Source of the DNA: Lingula anatina
Taxonomy: Eukaryota > Animalia > Brachiopoda
Length of the DNA stretch: 64,000 nucleotides
Direction: 5' to 3'
NCBI GenBank assembly: GCA_051362555.1
Contig: CM120649.1
Coordinates: forward strand, 17,374,567-17,438,566
The notes beneath the pieces were generated by a model that made no database searches, was not told where the DNA came from, and was given only the letters and a program-made list of their open reading frames with translations. Positions 12,711 to 25,328 of this stretch are shown here, piece by piece. The number at the start of each line of letters is the position of its first letter. Position 1 is the first letter of the stretch. Made by a program: the position numbers and the translations under genes.

Positions 12711-14929
12711 AATATTTTTATGAATGAAAAGACGGAAGTCAGTGCCTAGTGTGTTTACACACATGCTAGTGTGTGAGATGACCCCTGCTGAATTGGAAAA
12801 CAGGGAGCGGGGGAGGTGGTGAATTTGTCTGTTAGAGTACAGCCACTGCTAAGGATATGAAACAGTGTAGTGAAGGGAAGGTAGCTTTGTTCAAATGAAT
12901 TTAAAGTGATACAGGGATTGTAAGGATGCATGTATATTGGTTTAGTCTACAACGATAAAGGCAGGAACTTGGGGCTGGAGAAAAAGAGAGGGGAGGGTGA
13001 GGAGAGAGAGAGAGAGAGAGATTGTATTGATTTTCTTATTTTATGGAACATAACAATGCAATGAAACAGAAGCAATGAAACAGGAGAAAATGTAGCATAT
13101 CTTTTCGATATGTATAGACTCAGAACAATCCGGACCATTTTAGGTCAGTTATGCAGACAAGAGGGGTTAATGGCCAGAACTGGGTAGGAGACTTTCTGAA
13201 ATTTTGAAAAAAAAATTGAGTGGGAAAGAGATAATGTAGGCACTTCAGGGAGATTTGTAAGTTCTGAGGGATACAGGGATGATATTTTCCCACTGTTGGC
13301 AGATTTCAGATTTTTATTTGGCAAAAAAAAAAAAAAAAATCATCTGGAGAAAAAATGATGTGGCCATTATGGAAAAGTTTGAAAATGTTTCCATTATCAT
13401 TTAAACTAACTATTTTATATGTCCCCCTCCACCCCAGCATGATTCACTGTGAGCCTTTTTTTACTTCCTTTTTTTCTTTAGACAAATGTTATTATAGAAA
13501 AAATGTGACCTGTTAGGGGTACGACTGGTATATTTTTAGCCTTACAGTAGGCGTTTTTACTCTGTGTTTTCTTTGGTAATTCACTGGAACATTTATAAGA
13601 AGGGAAGGGCTTTAGATAGAAACAAAGGTGGAACCGTAACTTACTTTTCAGTGAAGCCAATTTGAATTTCATTCCACACAGATTTATCGTCAAAAAGATT
13701 GTTTTAGATTTTACAGCTTCTGCTTTTGTTCAGATATGATCTGCAGTAGGAGACTCCATTCTTTTTTAAGTTTGGTTGACAAGAAAAAAAACTTTGATAA
13801 AGTACATTGGGGTGAAAGTTCATTTAATTGACACTTGCCAGGTCCCTGTTTCAAAAGAAAAAATCGGTCAAGGACATACCCTCGTAGCGTAGCTTAACCA
13901 ACTCAGAATTTTACACCAAATTGCATTGCAGTATTGTGAGGTTTCTGGTCTTACATCTAACACCCGACCTGAATTTGCTAGTTGTCGGCATGGAGTTATA
14001 AAAACCGTTGTTGAAGAATTGAAGAAAATAGAAATGTAGAAGAATTAAGATGCAATTTATACTTCATGGAAATGCTGAAAGATTTATAGAACCATGGCTT
14101 GTAACATGTATCAATTTATATATATCCTGTTTAGAGTTAATAATAGGACTCTCATGTATTAACAGCTGGAAAAGAAGAAAAATGATGTCTAAATTTGAGG
14201 AGTAAATGGACCAATACAAAGAGCAAAAGTTAGAAGCAATGGAAAGAAATCTTCAATTAATAGTTTCTGTGTCCATCTGTTAAGGAGTTAGAAGAGGAAC
14301 AAAATAATTAGACAAATTTATCTACAAGTAATGCGAAACAAACGTGTTCTGACTTAAATCTCTGAGAACAAAAATAGAAAATTGATAAGAATAGGCACCT
14401 AATTTATTTGTAAGTAATCATGCAGTTGATAAGCAGGGAATAGATGGACACTGAATGTCTATAATGAATGGATGGAAGTGTTATTCTGGGAAGTTTATGC
14501 CATCATTAATCTGAAAGCTATGGTCATCAATTGGATCTAATCACCTTGCAGTTGGGTGATTTATTTCTGGGTAGTGAAGCAAATTACTGGAGAGTGACGC
14601 AGAGTGGAGATGTTATAGCCATGTTTTCCATTTCTGACAAAGATGTGGTTAATCATGGGTGACAGGTAGGAGTGGACTGTTGGAGCTGAGGGAAATGATC
14701 CATAGTAATATTAGTATAGTCCAATATCTGCCATGGTTCAATGATGCAGACAGTAAAACCATGGGATGGGGGTGGGTGGGGGGCAGCAGTTCAGGCATCT
14801 TTCTTTATGTAATAATAGTGAAAAAAAATTACAAAAAGAAAATATTTAGAATTAAGATATAAAGCATTGGCCACTTACCATCTTTAATGGATTGTATGAT
14901 GCATGAGAAGCACCCTATATACTAGTGTG

Positions 14930-14934
<5 letters not shown>

Positions 14935-14992
<58 letters not shown>
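14935..14992. repeat. (TG)n microsatellite
   Basis: Seen directly. Other simple repeats: (CA)n ~24023-24180, 29634-29675, 44699-44746; (CT)n 25277-25325; (TA)n 55857-55905. Confidence 0.95.
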
Positions 14993-14995
<3 letters not shown>

Positions 14996-15529
14996 CTCTC
15001 CACTCCCTATGCAGGCTATATAAACAAGCAAAAAATGTTCAGCATTTTTCCGAAAAAAAAAAAAATCACTGTTTTAGTTGATAATCAGTGATTCAGTTGA
15101 TTAACACTTATTAGGGTCTCAATTGAAGGGGTGTTGGCTTTGCCAGAAAGGAACCTAATTGTTTTATATGTGAAAATTGGAGTATTGTTTTTCTTTTCAG
15201 TGAACTTGTCAAAATTTTATCAATGTCGCTGTCAGTTATGTAACATGGCATCATACATTTTGTCATTGTTATTCTTGGCTGTTTAGGTGCTGTAAGTAGA
15301 AACATTTCTTGTTTGTTTGTTTTGATAGTTACTGATTGTTTTAATTTTTGGCTCCATGAATGTCTGACTTTGTTAGTTTTGGCTCTGTTAGAACATTTTA
15401 TCATCATGCTGTCAACTGTGGCTTTTTTATGAATCTTTTTACACCATACACATTTTTTGTTCTTAGCTTAGAAGTTAAGTTCAGGCCATGATCAAAAAAG
15501 AACTTCATTAAATTTTGTCAAAACCTGTA

Positions 15530-15753
15530 ACCCCATTCCCATAGACACCATCGGTCCACATGGTTCAACCCAACTCTGGGGGGTTCTTGCTGAGTGCAAT
15601 CAACAGAATGACAAACAACTTCTTGTTTCCAACATACACAAATATTGACCAGTTTTACATATTCTACTTACCTTTAGCTGATTGCACACAGCAAGAGTCC
15701 CTGCAGAGTTGGGTCGATCCACATAGATCAATGGTGGTTATGGGAATGGAGTC
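15530..15753. mobile_element. MITE family B-like copy
   Basis: CCCCATTCCCATAGACACCAT...ATGGTGGTTATGGGAATGGAGTC inverted ends. Confidence 0.6.
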
Positions 15754-16513
15754 TATACTGAATAAGAATAAGCAAATATAATCATTGTTGCAATTTTGAA
15801 GCAGCTCATTTGTGGCTGTTTTAGATGTTTCAGTTATAAACTTGGGTCCTAACCCCAATACCTAAGTTATTTGAATAAAGTTCACTTTGCCGTTTAAGGC
15901 AGTATGTCAGCTAAGCGGCAGTTGACTATTGGATTAGACATTGTACTAGTGACAAGATAATTTGACTTTGATTCAGATAAGTGTTCTTTACACGTTGTAT
16001 AGAGAGAGAGAGAGAGAGAATTGAAGCAGGATAGAAATAATGAGCAGAAATCAGAAGCAGACAAGAAATTAATGACTCCATTTATCTCTGTTAGGGAGAA
16101 TATTTGCTGTAATGAATCTTTTCGTTGACTGATCAATACAATAATATACAACAACTTTTTCATCAGAAGTTGTATATCCTGTATTTTCCCAGATGGTGGT
16201 TAGGTAATCTAGAAGTGAAATTAAAGAAGTGGAGAGTTTTAACAAATTGTTTGAATTTGCAGACTGAGCAAGGCCTTATAAAAATAAAGACATTGCCACA
16301 ATTTTAACCAAAAATAGATGTTATTCAAATTGACTACAGTCACAGAACACATTCAGATTCACACTTTGTTCTAGCTAGGTTGGTCCAAATTGGTGGGAGA
16401 TTTTTGCTAAAGTGCAATCAGTGGAATAAGCTTGTCTGACATGCTACCTTGAGCAGCTAAGGGGTAATTCACTATTTTGTTCTAATTAAGCTGATTCCAT
16501 TGGTTGCACTTTA

Positions 16514-16728
16514 CACCCCATTTCCATAGATTAGATCGACCTACTTTAGATCGACCTAACTCCCTGGGGGTTCACGCTAAATAGCTGTCAGCCGGGCGGA
16601 CACGAAAGTTAATTACCCCCTTACAGCTTGTAGTAGGCGGGACGGACATTTAAGTCGGATTAACTGAAAGTAATCTAGTGAGACTCCCCGCGGGGATAGA
16701 TCGATCTAAAATCTATGGGAATAGAGCC
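16514..16728 (+). mobile_element. PIF/Harbinger (Tourist-like) MITE, family A
   Basis: ~215 bp with imperfect TIRs (CACCCCATTTCCATAGA...TCTATGGGAATAGAGCC) and TTA on both flanks. Confidence 0.85.
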
Positions 16729-16812
16729 TTAGTGAGAAGCCTCCACAGAGTTTGACCGTCCCAGCTAGGATGAATCTGAATGCGCCCATAGATTATGTGA
16801 GATTTATAGATA

Positions 16813-16988
16813 GGGGCCATTCAGAGGCACAGTAATTAAATCTCGGCTCCATTCGACCATACGCGTGGGGAGGCGTGTGAGAGGTGGAGAGACCATTACA
16901 GGATTAAGCGGTCTTCCTTTCATGTAGGTCCGCCATATCTAGGCCGTGGACCTGTTGGCACTCGGTTCTTCTTATTCTGAATGGCCCC
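16813..16988. mobile_element. MITE family C (TIR GGGGCCATTCAGA)
   Basis: GGGGCCATTCAGA...TCTGAATGGCCCC. A rearranged second copy lies at ~47481-47681. Confidence 0.75.
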
Positions 16989-19900
16989 TTAGAGAATGAA
17001 CCACCAGGGTCTTTTTTTTTTTTTTTCAGCCTTAGGTCAAACTCTTATTTTTCACCGAGGTGACAATTGTCTATTTAGGTGTATCCATCAAGATCAATTT
17101 TGGATCAATTGCTTGCAGGAGTGGTATCTCTTGGAACAATAATTCTAAATTACTCTGCATAGTTATTTGCTCTGGTTTAATAAACCAGAAATAAAAAATC
17201 AATCATTGGAACAATCCTCCCAAATAGTTTTATCTAAATTTAAGAAATGATTTTGAAGAAACTGATTAGAAAGTACTGAAAGCGCCTTTCATGGTACAGT
17301 GTAGTTCTTTATTACGTAAAGCCTCCCCCTCCATTCCCTGCCCTGATCTCTATTTACCTATGTGTCTGCTTTGTGACTGACTAATGAGTAGTTGAAGTTC
17401 TGAACCCCACTGCTGATTCTATAGGATGTCACAATTTCCTGAATTCCACATTTATAGCCAGGGAGCGGTTACACAAAATAACTTGAGATTGAATATTGGG
17501 TGTAATTTTAAGAAGCATTAGTTACAGTCTACTTTGGCCAAGCAAAAATAATTCTGAAGTTGTCTACTTAATTGAAGTAACTTTTGGTATAAAACATTTA
17601 TTGTGTTTCTTTTTATTCAAAAGGTACAATTTTTTCTGTTGTTTTTTAATTTAATTTCATTTCATTTCATTTTATTAATTTTTTTATGTATACTACTACT
17701 GATTTGGCTTGGGACATAAAAGACCAGAAAGTCTGGCAGTTAAGTTAAGACCAGCATTGAGCCTTGAGTCATTTTTATCTGTGAAACAGACTCTTCATTC
17801 TACAGGACATAATTGTGTCTTGAACCTGACATTTATGTGGGCAAACATCCCATAGGATACAAAGGTGGTCCTATAACACAATCAGCTGAATGGAAAATTG
17901 ATACAGTGACAGAGTAGTTTTGAACTCACTTCAATATTGCAAGAACGGATTAATGTCAGTGGGCGCATTCACACCGGCGTGGTCTGGAGATTGCTTTTGA
18001 ACCATCCCAGAGCCGGCCATTTGGAATGTTGACTGTTTTAATATTTGATTTAGTTTATTTTTATTTATATTTTTTTCACTAAACATGATGTTAATAAATT
18101 TGGTAATTGATTTGGAATTTCATTTTTTAATAGTTTTTAATTCTTTGATTTACTAAGTATGATGTTTATAATTTTGATAATTAATTTTGAGTTTCATTTG
18201 CTAATTCCGCTGCAGTATATTTGTGTATTGATGATAATGGATAACATGTCATCTCTCTTACTGGTTAAAAAGTCAAGTTGGTGGCTTGATATTTTATTAA
18301 ACCCCAGGGTTACATGAGGCGATCAATCTCTATTTAACTACGTGGAGTCATGTGGTATTCCTCTGAAAATATTTATAAATTCTCAAATGGTTTCTAAATG
18401 TATAATTATCCATGTGGATCGCCCTATTAATCTTTTGAAAATGCAAGAAAAATGGATTGAAAATAGGCAGCTTTTCTCTATAGGGGAGATTTTATTGATT
18501 TTATTGTGGTCATTTTCACACCGAAGTGTCTGATGGTTCTTCATCAAATGGCAGTCTGTTGATTTCAAATGGGATACAATTACAGCGGATATGGCAAATA
18601 ATCCCAAAGTCACTCGGAGCAGAATTGAAAACCACTTTCCTCCACCACCCCCGGTCAATTATTTTACGACGGACGCATCTCTCCATTGGGGATATTTTGA
18701 CTTGTAAATGGTATTTTTACACGACAAGCTGACGTCAAGTCTCAGTGTTATTTCGATGGTTGCCGAAGCAGTGGTTTACCAAGGGAATGTTTGTGATGCA
18801 ATGGAATACTGCATACTGTTGATGGGAGCTTGTAAGATTAATTTGTGTGTACATTGTGCTAAATTAATAAAGAGACAGCAATGAAAGTTGCCTTAAAGTC
18901 CCTGAATCCTGCCTTCAGTTTTTCACTTGCTCATTGAAATTGTTTAGAAAGGAGTTTTAAAAGAACATATCATCATCACTGATATAATTATTCTAGCCTT
19001 GCTGATCGAGGTATTGTTAGTGTTATTATGAGAGAGAGAGAGAGAGAGAGAGAGTATTCACAAATAAAAATGAATATTTAAAAGGTTTTTATCATTCCTT
19101 TCTTTCTATCTTGATTAATAATCACTATTGTCATTATCATTAATTGCTGCTGTTTGTGTTGTTTGTTTTGGATACATGGCACTAATGACGTAGATAAGTT
19201 AAATATATATTTTCCACAATATCAATGCAGGATGCAAATGAAACCATGGCAAATCTTTAATGATTTTTCAATACATGATGCATTAATTGTTTCTTGAGAT
19301 GATGCATTCCTCCATTGGGGATATTTCGACTTGTAAATGGTGTTTTTACACGACAAACTGACGTCAAATGCTATTTCGATGGTTGTCGAATTCAACAGTA
19401 GTAGAATTGATAATGCTAATTCAACACTTAATAAACTGCATCACTGTACGGTAAAAGCAGCCTCCGTCATTAGCGTGTAGACTGATGTTAACGGTGGACT
19501 ATTTTCTGTTGCCAGTTACAGCATCAGTCGCAGTTCCACCATAAATTAATTCATTAACATCTTATGATGTTAATGATCAATCCCAAAAATAATGGCAAAA
19601 ACTTTGAAAAGAAGAATTAATGCTTTCAATTAATACAATAATGAGCATAAGTATTAATACTTTGAAGTAAAGCTGAAGCAAATCTGTTTATTTTTAGCCG
19701 TTGTATGTTGGCCTTGTGTAACAAATTTGTCTTTTTTTTTTTTTTTTCAAAAAATTACGGTGTCATTTGGCAGCACAGTGATTTGATAATGACAAAATAA
19801 AGTTTATTTTACTAACTTTTAGGCAGTGATTAAATTTGTAACAGATGTCATTGGAAAACAAAGTTAAAACCATTATTTTTTAAGTATCATTTGCTTTTTT

Positions 19901-22900
19901 CCCCAAGAAACTAGAAAACACTATTAAAAGGAGTTCATAGTGGTCTGAGATGGGGCAATCTAGGTTGTTTGTGAAACTTGTTTTTCTTTTTAAGATATCA
20001 AGATATTTCATTCATTTAAGGGAAATTATCTGGAAATTAAAACAGGATAACATCATTGTTTAAAGATTTATTACTGGGTTAAAGTACTTCAGCCTTTGTG
20101 GGGCTGATGGTATTAACTGTAAGTACTCCAAAATTTCAAACAGATTTCACGCTCACTAATTAACCCAAATGCAAAAAATGACTAAATTAAATTGGCTAAA
20201 CAAAAAATGGTTGATTTGACTTGTTTTAGTCAATTTAAACCATTTGGAGAAAAAAGTGATGAAAAAATAGTGATTTAGCCAAGTGAAAAAAAAAAAAATT
20301 GCCAGCACTACCTCGGATTAAATATTGAAATAAAACTGGTATTTAAAGTCTAAGAGCAATCACTGTAATTTGTTTGTGTTGGCTTAGTTTATGAAAGGCT
20401 TGCTTAATTTCCAATAATAACAAAATGATTTCCAGAATAAACTGTCATTTATTTCAAAACAGTTAACACAGGAAGTAGAGACAGATATTTGTGGTCTAAG
20501 AATAGATACAGTGGCATTTTTAGATGCCATTAAAATGGGAAGGACAGTTAAGCAAGTCGGTGGTCATGGAAATTTTGAAAAGATATTACAGAATATGGAA
20601 GTTGTGGCCCAGATGGGATTTTTCCACAAAAGACATGTCTAGTTTTACATTTTAATGGACTTCTGGTAATCTGGGAATATGAAGAAAAATCTAGATTGTT
20701 TAAATTTGTCAGACAGGGATGATGAAAGTTCATTTTATGTTGTTATTATATTAACTCTATGGCCTTTACTGTTTTTTAAGTCAGCAAATATTAAGCCTTA
20801 TTTTCATATTTTTGTTTTGGATTACTTAGATTTATTTATTATGTTCAGACAGCCATATTGATACATTCTAGATATCCAATTTCAGTATTTGTGCTTTGGC
20901 AATTTGAAAGTTTCAAATTCAATATCTTTAAATCACATTTGGCTTACAAAAGCCAGAATTCCAATGCAATATCCCTTGATATCCAGGCACAGAAAATACA
21001 TTTTACTCACTGTCAGTTTTATTCTTTCCAAAAAAAAAAAAAAAAAAAAAGTGTCAGAAGCCACCTGATCCAAAAGCACTGAAAAAAAAATGACTCATCC
21101 TGTCGACACATTCCTAAATGTACATTTCCATGTGCCCACAAAGTGACAGCATTCCAAAGACTTATGGAGCCTTGCAGATGTTAGAAAACTATACAAGATA
21201 ATTATGGAATTCAACACTAAAGATAATTATGGATTTTGTCACTTTAGTCTGTCTACCACGCTCTGGGTTGTGATAAGGGAACGGTCGCCAGATTTGGTCC
21301 CTCACCAGCTGCGGGTAAATTTTGTCATAACATTAAAATATCCTTTTTTTTTCTGACTGTGTACTCTGAATATATGTTTATTATATACACTTGACCAAAA
21401 AAGTTCAGAAATCATTCTGTCGAGCCCTTTTTTTTTTTTTTAATTTTTGGTTGTTAAATTTGATTAACTTTTAATTTAATTAAAATGTAATGGTATTTTA
21501 TCTTGATTTTAATATCTAGCAGTATTATTTATTTTATCAGTTGATTTTATCTGGCTGAGCCATTGTGTAATGTATTTAGCAGACTCTTCATGGGTTGAAA
21601 GATAATTTAGTAATAATAACAATAATATAACAATAGTAATAGTAATATTTTTAAAATAACGATGAACCACCAAGTATATTGTACAAGTTAAAGTAGAACA
21701 CGGACATAGGAGATCATCCTAAGCTCTAAGTTTTAACGTTCATCCCAAACACATTAAGCCACTCCTTGCACCTATTTAACACTCCCGCTCTCTATAGCTC
21801 CACTTTGTCTAATCAAGTATTGATGTTGTGCGTTAATGTTCTCATAATCCTCGGCAACGTGGTACCGTAAGTGACTGTGACAGTTGCAGAAATGGTCACA
21901 TGATTCCCAGGTGGAATGGTTTTAAACTGTTACTTTTAAGGCGTGTTTGCTCGAGGTCTTTTTTAGATTGAAAATGGACTTCTTGAGGTATGTGCGCTAT
22001 TGCAGTCTAATAGCAGTCTGTAGTATCACAGAGGGTGGCTCTTTTTCTGGACATTATAAAACTTTTTTCGGCCTTGGCTACCCAACTGGTATAATGGTAT
22101 GGAGCACATTGTCAATAAAATTTTGATTCAGACCTTTTCTGGCCAAAAGAGGGTAGTTCCTTCGAAGTTGTATTGCCAATTTAGATTCTTGGCTAAGTGC
22201 AACTTACTGTTAATAGATGTGCAACTTCGGTTCTTGTCAGTCTTTGCAGAGACTGATTTTCTACTTTTAACTTAAAGTCATTTTGTGGGAAACCCTTGCC
22301 ACTAGGTTTGCAAAGGGGCTTAAATTAAGACTGAAAGATAGTTGTAACATTAACAGCAATGGACTACTGGTACTACATGGGCGTAACTAGGCATACGCAC
22401 AGATGCACTGTGCATACAATTTTTTGGCCAACCATGATATTATTTTATATAAATTTAGTGTATTTTTCACGGAATATAAAAGAAAATCCTCTGCTTATTA
22501 AAGTCACCTGTTTGTACAAATCCTCTGTATCAATTGTATTGGCACAATTGTTCTGAAGCTGCGATGTGTGGTACATATGCTGTAATTATGCTGTCCTTCA
22601 TCTCTTGCGTTAGTCTACATTTTGCTGGGAATTTTAAAAATCTGTGCGTACATTTTTTAAAGGTCTGGTTACGCCCCTGTACTACACTGTATGATCAAGG
22701 GGTTGGTATAAAAATTTTAACCAATTTGGGGCTTATGTTATTTTGTGGAAGCATTCCCTGATGTACAAGTATGAATATGATCAACTTTAACATGAATAAA
22801 TAAATAAATATAACTAGTTAATTTTTTTTATCTGGTCTAAACTTCCTTTGTCTGAACACACACTGTGGTCTGTCAGATTAGGACTTCTGGTTTTTGACGT

Positions 22901-24148
22901 CTGCCAAGTTTAGGCAATGAAATTAAGGCCTCGGAATTATACAAATTGTCAAAACTAGGGTACTGGAGCCAAGGCATTTACTGAAATTAGTGTTGGATGC
23001 TTAAAACAATAGTCTGTAATGATAATGATAGTTATTTTTGTGGGTTTTAATCCCAGTTTGAGTGCAGCATAGAGCTGAAGCTGACAATCCCTCCACTGGG
23101 GTTCACACGCACTGCTGCAAAGTTTCGTCCAATGATAATTGCCTAGTAATGGGATTTCAGAGGGCGTTTTAGTGTAAATTTAGACAAAGTGTCAGCCTTT
23201 GAATTTTTTTTCTTTTGCCTCATTTGAAAGTCTCCAAAACTGTTGATTCTTCAAGAAATATTCATGACCAGTAGTTGCATGCCAGGTCTTCAAAGAATAA
23301 ATAAAAAAATGAATATATAAGAAATAAAAAAAAATTGTCACTTTGCCAGTTAGGACAAAATAAAAATTAAATGTTGAACTTCATAACTGTGTTTATTGCC
23401 AACAATGGCAGTTAATGAGTTAAGATAATAGTGTACTGCTAGTTTATTTTTTGATGTGCTTTAAATGGTTCAGGATGATATTAGAATGCTTTTAGACCAC
23501 AAATGTACAGTCTTTAAGAGCTTATAATTATGTCACGTTTCACTTGTTATCAGGATGAAATGAAAATATTTTTAGAGCACAACAGTCTTTGAGAACATTA
23601 TAATTATGTCACGTTTAAGTTCTTATATTAAAGTGATTTTGTTCCCACATCTTGTTTCATGTTGCTAGTGCCACATTAAAAGCTCATGATTTTGGTAATT
23701 GTCCTGAAGTATGCTTGGAAACATCACGTTTTGTGGATTTTTTCGAGAATAGGTCAAGTTCTTGCTTGTTATTGAAATTAGTTTATTGAAATACTGCCAG
23801 TAAAAAATGCTGTAATAATGAAATAAGCCAATAATGTGGTAGAAATTCCATGAAATTACCCAGAGTAGGTATACTTTACTTAAAGACGTGAACGGGAGTC
23901 TGATTATGAGAAGGCAATCGAGAAATAGTCATGAAGAAGATTTTCTATTATGCAAGCCCTATTTAATGCTATTTGCAACATATGGTTATCAAATTAAAAT
24001 TGTTACATAATATCTCTTTCAGTCACACACACACACACACACATTTGCATGTAGGCAAACAGACACTCATGCACACATATGCACACACACACGGAGAGAG
24101 TAAATATATAAAAGTGAACACTTGCAGCACATGCAGGCACGCATGCAC

Positions 24149-24180
<32 letters not shown>

Positions 24181-25271
24181 TCCTAAGACCCTCCCAGCAA
24201 ATAAAAAGATAGGAAAGCATTATACTTGCTCCTTTTGACTAAGCCATTGAATATCAAACCATTGCATGTTGCCCTGCTTAAGCTGTTCTGACAGCCTTTC
24301 AGGATTGTAATAATAATATTTATTTCTTAAAACCGCACTACGCTACCTTCTCTGTGCTGTTTACAGATTAAATTATCAGGATTTCAACTAATTATATAGA
24401 TAATAAAAGCTAAGGTAAAAAAAAAACAATTAAAATAATTAATGCTGGTTAAAATAGTAATGGTCTGAACAATAAAACATTTTTCTGATAAAATGAGAAA
24501 ATATTAATTAGAATACTGTGGAAATAAGAATTTTTTAAAGTCTTTTTTTAAAAACCTCAACACTATCAATAGTCCGAATGTGTGAGGGTAGTTGATTCCA
24601 TAAAATGGGTGCTGCAATTGAAAATGCCCTGTGGCCGTAGGTTTTGGTTGTTCTTTTTTTTTTTTTTATCATTTCTGGTAAAACAAAGAGTGGAGTTGGA
24701 TCTGGTAGACCATCACTTATGTTTTATATGATGTACGACGTTTCATGTCATTGTTATAGGATCCGTATCTGTTATCAAGCAATTGGATTTTTCATGAAAC
24801 CACTAAGTAGGCTAAATATGGAGCTTTGTCTGTGAGTCTAGGGGTCAAGCAAATGTTAAGTATCACAAAATGCTGTTAAATTGTTTTCTCATTCTATCAG
24901 GAAAAAAGGAGAAAAATCCTGTGCCTGGTAAGTGCACTCCTTTCAAAAAATTGGTCATTTAATTTCTGTTATTAGCAAAAATAAGACACTTTTCTAGACC
25001 ACAATTATCCTTGAGAACATGATTGTTTCGCTTGTTACAAATGTGTGAGTGCATGATACTGTTGTCAGATAAGAAGTTCACAATTGAGGTGATTGTCTAA
25101 AAATATGTTCAGAAACATCACGTTTTGTGGGTTTTGCTTATGCAAGATAAGAATAGCTCAGTTGACATTTAAGTTCAAAAAGGTGAAAATAGCTTAAATT
25201 GATATATATATATATATATATATGTACTTGACATTGAAATTGTTAACTGATTCCTTGTTCGAAACATTGTT

Positions 25272-25328
<57 letters not shown>

